A stretch of DNA of 64,000 nucleotides from Myxococcota bacterium (GTDB lineage Bacteria; Myxococcota_A; UBA796; CAJQPC01): the NCBI GenBank assembly GCA_036229005.1, contig JAZAMN010000021.1, positions 1-64,000 on the forward strand, read 5' to 3'. This document shows positions 56,117-64,000 of the stretch, piece by piece. The stretch's first letter is position 1, and the number at the start of each line of letters is the position of its first letter. The notes beneath the pieces were generated by a model. The model saw only the letters and a list, made by a program, of their open reading frames with translations. It did no database searches and was not told the DNA's origin. Position numbers and translations under genes: made by a program.

Positions 56117-57388
56117 TCAGTCCTGGAGCTGCCACATGTAGGAGACCGAGACGCGCCCTTCCGGGTAGAAGACCGTCTCACCGTTGTACTGGTGGTGGTG
56201 CGCGCTGCCGTCCAATTTCATGGCGACCTGGGGGACCGGCCGCAGCACCACGCCGGCGGTGTACTTGTAGAAGGCGCCGTCATCGGACAGGCCGGCCTCG
56301 CCGTCCCCGCCCAGGCTCTTGGACGCCACGATCTCGGGGTTCGAGAAGTAGTCGGTCTGCAGGTAGGGCGTGATGGACCGGTTCTCGCCGATGGCGATCT
56401 GGTACCCGGCCCGGATGTAGCTGGCGCGCACGATGTACTCCGCCTGGGTGCGCACGCCCTTGGTGGGGTCGCCGCCGGTGAAGAAGCGCTCCATCTGGGC
56501 CTCGCTGAGGCCACCATCGGCCATGGCCATCACGGCGTCCTCGTCCCGGGTGCCGGAGTGGTGGGCCTGCCAGTACTCGGTCTGGACGGTGAGCCCGCCG
56601 CGGTTGAGCTGGGCGTAGCCGCCGTAGACCTGGTAGCGGTCCTCGGCCATCCAGTTCGCGACGCCGCCGCGGGGGGAGCCCTCGCCGACCGCCCGGCTGG
56701 GGGTGGCCGCGCCGCCGGTGGTGTAGAAGCTGCTGCCCAGCTTGAGGACGCCGCCCAGGTCGATGTTCGCGTCCGCGCCCAGGGGGATTGCGCCTGCGGC
56801 CCGCTCGTCGTTGCCGGTGGTGACCGACCAGTTCAGGGTGGTCGCGCCGACGGGGACCGCGCCGAACACCATGAGGTTGGTGGTGCGCGTGACCATCAGG
56901 TGGTCCTTGTCGAAGATCTCCGGGGGCTCGATGCCGATGAAGGTGGGCGTGGCGTCGAGGATCTCGTTGTAGAGGCCAAAGCGCCGGTACATCTTGCCCG
57001 CCCGGAAGGCCAGGTAGCCGCCCGCCAGGGGGGCCTCGACCCAGGCGTTCCGGATGCTCAGGGGGGCGTCCGAGGTGCTGCCGCCAGACCCGGGCGAGGC
57101 CAGGTTGAAGAACACCTTGTAGCGCCCGTGCAGGGTGCTCTGCCCCATGACGTTGAAGTTCAGGACGTCGAACTCATAGGGGTTCTCTTCCCAGACCGTG
57201 TTGCCCTGGTCGTCCACGCCGGCTGGGGTCTGGGACACCTTCTCCGTGTAGGCGTCCACGAAGCCGTAGATCCGGGTGTCGAAGGTCTTGGGCTTGTAGT
57301 TGCCCCAGCCGCCGGCATCCTGGGCCAGTGCGGTCCCGGGCAGGACCAGCAGCCCGAGGCCGGCTGCGATGAGAGAGAGACGACGCAT
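56117..57388 (-). CDS. Outer-membrane porin-like beta-barrel
   Basis: Signal peptide (ALA-Q), IYGFVD, RNAWVE, FRAGK...FGLYNE, terminal amphipathic strand VSVSYMW. Confidence 0.8.
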   Translation of the reverse strand: MRRLSLIAAGLGLLVLPGTALAQDAGGWGNYKPKTFDTRIYGFVDAYTEKVSQTPAGVDDQGNTVWEENPYEFDVLNFNVMGQSTLHGRYKVFFNLASPGSGGSTSDAPLSIRNAWVEAPLAGGYLAFRAGKMYRRFGLYNEILDATPTFIGIEPPEIFDKDHLMVTRTTNLMVFGAVPVGATTLNWSVTTGNDERAAGAIPLGADANIDLGGVLKLGSSFYTTGGAATPSRAVGEGSPRGGVANWMAEDRYQVYGGYAQLNRGGLTVQTEYWQAHHSGTRDEDAVMAMADGGLSEAQMERFFTGGDPTKGVRTQAEYIVRASYIRAGYQIAIGENRSITPYLQTDYFSNPEIVASKSLGGDGEAGLSDDGAFYKYTAGVVLRPVPQVAMKLDGSAHHHQYNGETVFYPEGRVSVSYMWQLQD

Positions 57389-57459
57389 GGAGTCCTCCGC
57401 TGGAGAGGACATCGAAACTTTCGCGTGAACCCTTGAGGCCCCGGCGTGACTGTCTCAGG

Positions 57460-58413
57460 TCAGTCGCAGACTGAAATCCTCTGAAATCCGCTCAGCCAGC
57501 GCATCGGACGGAGCAGCGCTTCTTGGTGCGCGTCCCCAAAACGCTCGGGATCCCGCTGCGCCAGGATGGCCCCCCGGCCCTTGGGCACCCCGTTGACCTC
57601 GATGACAACCGGCCCGTGCTGACCCAGCAGCAGGTCCACCCCCAGCTCGGCGGTGTGGTCGTCAGCCAGCGCAGCGGCGGCCTGGATCGCGAGCCTCTCC
57701 ATCTCCTCGTACTGGGCCTGGGGGAGTCGGTCGCAAGCGGGCTCTGCGGCGGCCCCCAGATCCACGTTCACCACCGGGGACCCACCCACCCGCGCCACGA
57801 TCGGACACACCGTCCACCCCGACGAGGTCATGCTGGTGGCCTCCGGCGTCCGCTGCACCAAGGCCCGGTAGGACACGAAGGGCTGGCCGGCTGGAGGGAG
57901 CACGGGGGCCTGCAGGATGGCGGGCTCGGGGTGTCCGGTGGCGCCCAGCAGGGTGGGGGGGAGCGCGTCACCGGGGAGCACGTGGCGCACGCCGCGGCCC
58001 AACCCGCCGTAGCGGGGCTTGAGGAAGCCGCCGCCCCACTGCGCCAGGAGGTCTTGGCTGGGGGTTTCGCTCACGGGGGGCATGGGCACGCCGGCGGCCT
58101 CAAGCGCGCGCTGGGTGGCGAGCTTGTCCCGGCACAGGGCCTGGACAGCGGGGGAGTTGACCACCGGCACGCCGGGGAAGCGGGCCAGGGCGGCCTGGTA
58201 GTCGCTGGGGTGGGTCCAGCTCGGGTAGCGGTCGAAGATGGCGACGGGAGTGTCTGTGCAGGCGGTCCAGCCTCCGGGCACCGCACGCAGGTCTCCAAAG
58301 CGCAGGCGGATGCCTTGGGGCTCCAGGGCCAGGGCGGCGCGGCCCATCGGCCAGGCCTCGGGGGGCGGGGGCGCGCCAGGGCGGGGGCGGGTGAGGACCA
58401 GGATGCAGGGCAT
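57460..58413 (-). CDS. RimK/YheCD-like ATP-grasp protein
   Basis: CRDKL.TQR.L, FLKPRYGGLGRGV, LGVDLL, VIEVNGVP. Confidence 0.85.
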   Translation of the reverse strand: MPCILVLTRPRPGAPPPPEAWPMGRAALALEPQGIRLRFGDLRAVPGGWTACTDTPVAIFDRYPSWTHPSDYQAALARFPGVPVVNSPAVQALCRDKLATQRALEAAGVPMPPVSETPSQDLLAQWGGGFLKPRYGGLGRGVRHVLPGDALPPTLLGATGHPEPAILQAPVLPPAGQPFVSYRALVQRTPEATSMTSSGWTVCPIVARVGGSPVVNVDLGAAAEPACDRLPQAQYEEMERLAIQAAAALADDHTAELGVDLLLGQHGPVVIEVNGVPKGRGAILAQRDPERFGDAHQEALLRPMRWLSGFQRISVCD

Positions 58414-58480
58414 GGGGGATCCCTATTCCGGGATTGCGACTCCTGGGCTGTGTGCGCATCCCTGCCCCAAAGGAGAGACG

Positions 58481-59314
58481 ATGCTCTGGCTGCTGCTGGC
58501 CTGTACCGAGGCCCCCCAGGACACCCAGGACAGCGGGGTGCAGGCCCTGGAGCGGGTGCAGGATCTGGACTTCTTGTCCCAGGTGGTGGGTGACCCTGGC
58601 TACCAGATCGTGGACGTGCGCAGCCCCGAGGAGTTCGCCGCGGGCCACGTCCCCGGCGCGCTGAACCTGTACTGGGAGGACCTGCGCGGAGAGACGGATG
58701 GGCTCACGGGCATGGTGGCCGACAGCGCGACAGTGACCGCTGCTGCCCAGGCAGGGGGACTGAGGACCGACGCGGTGCCGGTGGTCTACGGGGGGCGCGG
58801 CGGCCGCGACGCGGGGCGCTTTGTGTGGACGCTGGACCACTACGGCGACGACCGCGCGCTGGTGGTCGACGGCGGCTGGATCGCCTGGGACCTGGAGGGC
58901 CTGGAGCAGGAGGCGGGCGCCTGGAGTGGGGACCCCGGCGACTGGAGCGCGGCGGGCCCGGTGGACCGGGTGCTGGCCGAGTCCGACTGGATCCGGGACA
59001 ACCTGGACAACCCCGACGTGGTGGTGCTCGACGTGCGCGCCCCCGACGAGTACGCCGCGGGCCACATCCCCGGCGCGCTGAACGTGGAGTGGAGCGAGAA
59101 CGTGGATCTGGACACCGGCCTCTGGCTTCCGGATTCCGAGCTCCAGGCGCTCTACGCGGACATCGACAAGGACGCGACCGTCGTGGTCACCTGCCGGTCC
59201 GGCGCACGCGCAGGCATGGGCTACGTCGTGCTCCCGCACCTGGGCTTCTCGGACGTGCGGCTGCACGACGGGAGCTGGAAGCAGTGGGAGGCCGGGGACT
59301 ACCCCGTGGAATAG
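58481..59314 (+). CDS. Tandem rhodanese sulfurtransferase, lipoprotein
   Basis: MLWLLLAC lipobox; two DVR.P.E[FY]AAGH.PGA domains; CRSGARA active loop; DGSW.QW. Confidence 0.92.
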   Translation: MLWLLLACTEAPQDTQDSGVQALERVQDLDFLSQVVGDPGYQIVDVRSPEEFAAGHVPGALNLYWEDLRGETDGLTGMVADSATVTAAAQAGGLRTDAVPVVYGGRGGRDAGRFVWTLDHYGDDRALVVDGGWIAWDLEGLEQEAGAWSGDPGDWSAAGPVDRVLAESDWIRDNLDNPDVVVLDVRAPDEYAAGHIPGALNVEWSENVDLDTGLWLPDSELQALYADIDKDATVVVTCRSGARAGMGYVVLPHLGFSDVRLHDGSWKQWEAGDYPVE

Positions 59315-59325
59315 GCCCGCTGGGG

Positions 59326-59617
59326 GTGGCTACGCGGGCCCAATGAGCGGGTGGGGGAGGCTACGGCCGCTGGATGAGCGGTCCTCTGAGGCTAGGGCCC
59401 ACCAGTGATCGTTTTGGCCACCGATCCGGCCCTCTGGGGAGGGTTTTGGGCCGGTTCTGGCCTGGATCCGGCCCCAAGGGGGCACATTCGGTGCCCTCAG
59501 CGCTCACCGAGACCCCGTAGCCTCGGCGAGGCGCTCACTCAGGTGCCGTAGCCACCCCCGTGCGCTCACTCAGGTGCCGTAGCCACGCCCGCCCGCTCAC
59601 TCAGACCGGGTAGCCGC
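59326..59617. repeat. Second inverted tandem repeat array with 31-bp period (3 forward + 4 reverse units), between convergent genes
   Basis: 24-bp core G[TA]GGCTA[CG]...TGA[GT]CG starts at 59326, 59357, 59388; the inverse CGCTCAC...GTAGCC starts at 59501, 59532, 59563, 59594. Confidence 0.92.
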
Positions 59618-61357
59618 TGGCTCAGCCTGTCCTCGCTGGCGCCGGAGGGTGATCAGGGCGCCCAAGGCGAGCAACCAGGCCCAGGAGGTGGGGGCGAGGG
59701 TGTTGCTGCAGGACAGTCCGCCGTACTCCCCGGTGAGCCCTGCGGCGTTGCTCAGGACCTCGGGGTCCAGCTCGCCGTCCTCGCAGTCGTTGTCGATGCC
59801 GTCGCCGGCGACCTCGGTGGCCCCGGGGTGCACGGCGTCGTCGGAGTCGTCGCAGTCGCTCTCCTCGGAGGCGGGCACCCAGTCGCCGCCGGGCTCCTCG
59901 CAGGCGCGCACGTTGCCGGTGGTGTAGCCGTCCTCGTCGGCGTCGATGCCGTAGGACTCGCCGTCGCTGGGGTCCTCGTCGGTGAAGCCGTCGCAGTCGT
60001 TGTCGACCTCGTCGCAGAGCTCGGGGGCGTCCGGGTGCAGCTCAGGGGCGCTGTCGTCGCAGTCCTGGTCGTTGTCGACGTAGCCCTCGGGGGGCTCGCA
60101 CGCGGTGGTGGCCAGCGCGGGGTCGCCGTAGCCGTCTCTGTCGTTGTCCAGGTAGAAGGAGGAGGGGGTCTCGCAGTCGTAGGGGGAGCCCAGGTACACC
60201 TCCACGAAGCCCTCGGTGCCCACCACCACGTCGGAGCTCCCGTCCCCGTCGAGGTCAACCGGGCCCAGGAGCCACAGCAGGCGCTCGCCGGCGGGCTGCT
60301 CGGTCCAGGCCAGGTCCCCGACGCCCAGGCGGGAGCTGGAGAAGGCCTGGATCGTCGGCAGGTCGTCCTCGTTGGCGCCGATCAGCAGCTCGGAGTTGTC
60401 TCCGTCCAGGTCCCCGGAGGTGGACAGCCAAGCGCCGAAGGCCTCCAGGCCCTCTCCTTTCAGTTCCTGCTTGTCGTCGGGATCAACGCCTCGGGGGTCG
60501 CCCCAGAGCACGCGCACCAGGCCCGCGCCGGAGTCGGCCTCCGGGAAGCCCAGGATCAGCTCGGGGATCTGGTCGCCGTCCAGGTCGCCGGAGGCCAGGG
60601 CGGTGAGGGGGCCGAGGTTGCTGAACTGGTGGCTCTCCGGCTCGCCGAGCTGGGGGCCCCCGGGGTGGATCCAGAGCTTTGCGTCGCCGTCGTGCTCGCC
60701 CGCGCAGGCCCAGTCGGTGTAGCCGTCCGCGTCCCAGTCGCCGGCGGTGAAGGCCGCGCAGGAGTTGCCGTCGGTGCTGTTCAGGGGCTCGGGGGGCGCG
60801 TCGCCGCCACCGGGGTAGCGCAGCAGGGGGAGCGTTGCGCCGGGGTCGCTGAGCAGGATCTCGGCGCGGCCGTCGGCGTCCAGGTCGGCCACGAGGCAGT
60901 GGGCGCCCAGGCTGTCGGTGCCCACCCAGTCGCTGGGGAGGGGGAGCTCGGAGGGGGCCTGCAGGCCGTCGTCGCTGCCCAGGTAGAGCAGGGCGGGCTG
61001 AGGGTTCGAGGTCCCGTATCGGGGGGCGGCGGTGACCACGAGATCGTCGGTGCCGTCGCCGTCCACATCGCCGGCGCAGAGGGCCTGGGAGAAGTCGGCC
61101 TGGCCGTCCGGGGCGTTGTAGGTCTGGCCCCCGTCGAAGTCCGACTCCAGATCAAAGAGGTAGAAGCGCTGCTCTGCGGGGTGGCCCAGGGCGAGCTCCT
61201 GGACGCCGTCCCCGTCGAAGTCGCCGCTGGCCACGCTCTCGCCGAAGCCGGCGACCTGGGTCTCGCGGAGCAGGGCCGCGGCCTCCCAGGTCCGGTCGGC
61301 CTGCGCGTGGGCGGAGGAGACGGTCAGGTGGGCGATTGCGAGCAGCGCTGTCGGCAT
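59597..61357 (-). CDS. FG-GAP repeat protein with 2 MopE-like repeats and a MYXO-CTERM-like tail
   Basis: Signal peptide (AHA-Q); GDFDGDG/GDLDGD repeats; C-terminal GGLSCS...WAWLLALGALITLRRQR. Confidence 0.85.
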   Translation of the reverse strand: MPTALLAIAHLTVSSAHAQADRTWEAAALLRETQVAGFGESVASGDFDGDGVQELALGHPAEQRFYLFDLESDFDGGQTYNAPDGQADFSQALCAGDVDGDGTDDLVVTAAPRYGTSNPQPALLYLGSDDGLQAPSELPLPSDWVGTDSLGAHCLVADLDADGRAEILLSDPGATLPLLRYPGGGDAPPEPLNSTDGNSCAAFTAGDWDADGYTDWACAGEHDGDAKLWIHPGGPQLGEPESHQFSNLGPLTALASGDLDGDQIPELILGFPEADSGAGLVRVLWGDPRGVDPDDKQELKGEGLEAFGAWLSTSGDLDGDNSELLIGANEDDLPTIQAFSSSRLGVGDLAWTEQPAGERLLWLLGPVDLDGDGSSDVVVGTEGFVEVYLGSPYDCETPSSFYLDNDRDGYGDPALATTACEPPEGYVDNDQDCDDSAPELHPDAPELCDEVDNDCDGFTDEDPSDGESYGIDADEDGYTTGNVRACEEPGGDWVPASEESDCDDSDDAVHPGATEVAGDGIDNDCEDGELDPEVLSNAAGLTGEYGGLSCSNTLAPTSWAWLLALGALITLRRQRGQAEPAATRSE

Positions 61358-61390
61358 GGGGGGCCCCTTGGGTCAGGGGCCACCAATCGG

Positions 61391-63409
61391 TCAGCTCCCG
61401 CTGCGCTTGAGCGCTTTCTGGGGGCGGGCCGTGTAGATGTTCTCGGCGTACTCGGCGACCATGCGGTGGGTGTTGAACACGGGGACGCCGGTGGCCATGG
61501 AGTGGCGCACGCGCTGCAGCCAGGCGGCGGGCTGCTTCCATGCGGGGAGCACGGTGGTCTCCAACAGGGAGTAGAGGGCCTCGGCGTCGTGGGCGTCCTG
61601 GGCCTGGGTGTCCTCCCAGTCGCGGGTGTCGCTGATCGCGAAGCCGCCCTTGCCGTCGTAGGCCTCGGGCCACCAGCCGTCCAGGATGCTGCAGTTCAGG
61701 CCGCCGTTGAGCACCACCTTCTGGCCGCTGGTGCCGGAGGCCTCGCGGGGGCGGCGGGGGTTGTTCAGCCAGAGATCGGAGCCCGAGGTCATCGCTCGGC
61801 CCTGGGCGATCTCGTAGCCGGGCAGGAACGCCACCTGGCCGCGGAAGCGGGGGTCCCGGGAGAAGCGCACCACGCGGGCCAGCAGCTCCTGGCCCAGGCC
61901 GTCGCGAGGGTGGGCCTTGCCGGCGAACACCAGCGTGGCGCCCTGCTGCAGGATGGCCTCCAGGCGCTCCAGGTCGGCGAAGATCAGGTCCGCGCGCTTG
62001 TAGGGGGCGAAGCGGCGGGCGAAGCCGATCAGCAGCGCGTCGGGGTCCAGGCTCTGGCCGGTGGCGGCGTGGACCTGGGCCAGCAGGCCGGCCTTCATCT
62101 GGGCGCGGGCCTCCAGCAGGGCCGCGTCGGAGAGGCGGTCGATGTTCTGGGTCCACCACGCGGTGTCCCGCCAGCGCTCGCGCCAGGAAGGCAGCTCGGC
62201 GTCCAGGGCGTCCTGCATGGGCGCGCCGGTCCAGAACACCGGGTGCACGCCGTTGGTGATGTGGCCGATGGGGCGCTCGGTCTCAACGTGGCTCCACATC
62301 TGGCGGCTGACCTCGCCGTGGAGCTCGCTGACGCCGTTGCTGTCGCGGCTCAGGCGCAAGGCCAGGGCGGTCATGCACAGGGGCTCGCTCAGGTCGCTGG
62401 GGTTCTCGCGGCCCAGGTCCATCAGCGTGCCGGCCCCCCAGCCGGCCTGGTCTCGCCAGGCGCCCAGCAGGCTGTTGATCTGGTCCCAGGAGAAGCGGTC
62501 GTGGCCCGCGGGGACGGGGGTGTGGGTGGTGAACACGGTGCGGTCGCGGGTGCTGCGAAGGGCCTGCTCGAAGTCCACCCCGGCCAACACCTGCTGGCGG
62601 ATGGCCTCCATCGGGGCCAGGGCGCAGTGGCCCTCGTTCAGGTGGATCACCTCCACGTCGTCGCCCAGAGCCTCCAGCAGGCGTACGCCGCCGATGCCCA
62701 GCAGGATCTCCTGGCGCAGGCGCATCCAGGTGTCGCCGCCGTAGAGGGAGCGGGTGACCTCGCGCAGGTGGGGTGGGTTCTCGGGGAGGTCCGCGTCCAG
62801 GAGGTAGAGAGATGCGGTGCCGACCTTCAGACACCAGGCCTCCACCTCATAGACAGAAGACCCCTCGGGGATCTGTAGCCGGATGGGCGCGCCCGAGGTG
62901 TCCCGTACCTTCTCCAGCGGGAGCCGCTCCGGGTGGGCCTCGGGGTAGGCGGCGAGCTGCCGGCCATCGTCCAGGACCTGGCGGAAGTACCCGCCCTTGT
63001 AGAACAGGCCGATGCCCCGGAAGTCCATGCCGAGATCGGCGGCGGAGCGCAGGTGATCGCCGGCCAACACGCCCAGGCCGCCCGAGTAGATCCGCACCGA
63101 CTCGTGCAGGCCGAACTCCATGGAGAGGTAGGCCACCGAGGGCCACTTGGCGCCGGGGCGCTGCTCGCGCTGGGAGAGCCACCGCTCCATGCGGGCGTGG
63201 GCGGCGGCGATCCGGGCGCAGAGGGCCGCGTCGGCCTCAATCCGCGCGCGCTCCGCGGGGGTGAGCTCCGCGAGCAGGGCGACGGGGTTGTGGTTGACCT
63301 GGGACCAGCGGCTCGGCGCGATCTCCTCGAGAAGGGCGGTGGCTTCCTTGTCCCAGGACCACCAGAGGTTCTGGGACAGGCGCGCGAGTTGCTCATGGGG
63401 CTGGGACAT
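61391..63409 (-). CDS. glgP: Alpha-glucan (glycogen) phosphorylase
   Basis: NLWWSW, YSGGLGVLAGD, HLNEGH, FTTHTPVPAGHD, ITNGVH, ARRFAPYKRA, EASGTSGQK. Confidence 0.96.
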   Translation of the reverse strand: MSQPHEQLARLSQNLWWSWDKEATALLEEIAPSRWSQVNHNPVALLAELTPAERARIEADAALCARIAAAHARMERWLSQREQRPGAKWPSVAYLSMEFGLHESVRIYSGGLGVLAGDHLRSAADLGMDFRGIGLFYKGGYFRQVLDDGRQLAAYPEAHPERLPLEKVRDTSGAPIRLQIPEGSSVYEVEAWCLKVGTASLYLLDADLPENPPHLREVTRSLYGGDTWMRLRQEILLGIGGVRLLEALGDDVEVIHLNEGHCALAPMEAIRQQVLAGVDFEQALRSTRDRTVFTTHTPVPAGHDRFSWDQINSLLGAWRDQAGWGAGTLMDLGRENPSDLSEPLCMTALALRLSRDSNGVSELHGEVSRQMWSHVETERPIGHITNGVHPVFWTGAPMQDALDAELPSWRERWRDTAWWTQNIDRLSDAALLEARAQMKAGLLAQVHAATGQSLDPDALLIGFARRFAPYKRADLIFADLERLEAILQQGATLVFAGKAHPRDGLGQELLARVVRFSRDPRFRGQVAFLPGYEIAQGRAMTSGSDLWLNNPRRPREASGTSGQKVVLNGGLNCSILDGWWPEAYDGKGGFAISDTRDWEDTQAQDAHDAEALYSLLETTVLPAWKQPAAWLQRVRHSMATGVPVFNTHRMVAEYAENIYTARPQKALKRSGS

Positions 63410-63484
63410 CGGACCTCCGGTCCTCGCTTGGACCGGCGAGTCCTGACCCAGGCACACCTGCGGTAGGCTTGCGCACTCAGGGAA

Positions 63485-64000
63485 GTGAGTCGGGTGCAAG
63501 GCGAGCCAGCGCAGACACCGCCCATCGACGCCAGGGAAAAGGTGTTGGGCAAAGCCCCCTACGTGGACGACGTCGCGGTCGAGGGGCTGCTGCACGCCGT
63601 GCTGGTGCGCTCCCCCTACGCGGCCGCCCGCGTGCTCGGGATCACGCTGGACCTGGAGGCCGACTGGGATGACGTCACGGTCGTGACCGCCGCGGACATC
63701 GCCGGCGACAACCGGGTGCGGGTGGCCGGGGTCCTGGACTGGCCCATCCTGGCCGCTGAGCGCGTGCGCCACGAGGGGGAGCCGGTGGTCGCCATCGCCG
63801 CCCCCACCTTGGCTCAGGCCCGGGCCGCCGCCCGCCGCATCAAGGTGCGCTACCAGCCCGAAGAGGCCCTGCTCAACCCCCGCCAGTCCGAGGACCACAG
63901 CATCCGGCTCCACGGCGAGGACAACGTGTTCGCCCGCCAGACCGTCGAGCGCGCCGGGGGCCGGGGGCGGGGGCGCTGGGTGGAGCAGAGCTGGAGCGTG
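63485..64000 (+). CDS. Xanthine dehydrogenase family molybdopterin-binding subunit, N-terminal part (runs off window)
   Basis: GTG 63485 frame: DAREKVLGKAPYVDD...LHAVLVRSPYAAARVLGI...VVTAADIAG...VRHEGEPVVAIAA. Not in the ORF track. Confidence 0.9.
   Translation, partial: MSRVQGEPAQTPPIDAREKVLGKAPYVDDVAVEGLLHAVLVRSPYAAARVLGITLDLEADWDDVTVVTAADIAGDNRVRVAGVLDWPILAAERVRHEGEPVVAIAAPTLAQARAAARRIKVRYQPEEALLNPRQSEDHSIRLHGEDNVFARQTVERAGGRGRGRWVEQSWSV

Noticed and set aside
113..62878. Many long ORFs in the track (e.g. 113-1204 +, 2871-5876 +, 20595-23714 +, 53271-56141 +, 59828-62878 +)
   Set aside because: They are antisense or off-frame shadows of well-supported genes, expected at this GC content, with no motifs and Arg/Gly/Pro/Ala-biased composition.
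1..64000. tRNA, rRNA or riboswitch genes
   Set aside because: No cloverleaf, rRNA-like or recognisable riboswitch sequence was seen in the short intergenic gaps; a covariance-model search would be needed to exclude small ncRNAs.

Overview
A very GC-rich (about 70% by eye) bacterial chromosome segment. It is most likely Myxococcota-like, inferred from Cys/Asp-rich MopE-type repeat lipoproteins, FG-GAP proteins and a MYXO-CTERM-like sorting tail. It holds about 53 likely genes; most other long ORFs in the track are antisense or off-frame shadows. In order: the 3' end of an IS110 element abutting corA, Lhr helicase, surface proteins, an HTH-only LysR gene divergent from map, and housekeeping or stress genes. 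Next come a REP-associated (RAYT-like) HUH transposase with a phased repeat array, then a complete attenuator-controlled his operon with unusual fusions (hisG, hisC plus a vestigial HAD tail, hisB, hisHF, hisA-I-E, hisD). After that: a MacAB/TolC/two-component block bracketed by paralogous lipoproteins, an M16 peptidase pair with ilvE, and a polymorphic toxin with a lower-GC toxin tip and an immunity-like array. The window ends with a porin, a frameshifted binding protein, a CheA-like sensor, rhodanese, glgP and the start of a molybdoenzyme. Best candidates for something new: (1) two inverted arrays with an exact 31-bp period, one beside the HUH transposase and one orphan about 40 kb away; (2) his fusions that mirror fungal HIS7 and HIS4, under a leaderless His-rich attenuator; (3) the toxin/polyimmunity locus. 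All family assignments come from motif recognition by eye; no searches were run.
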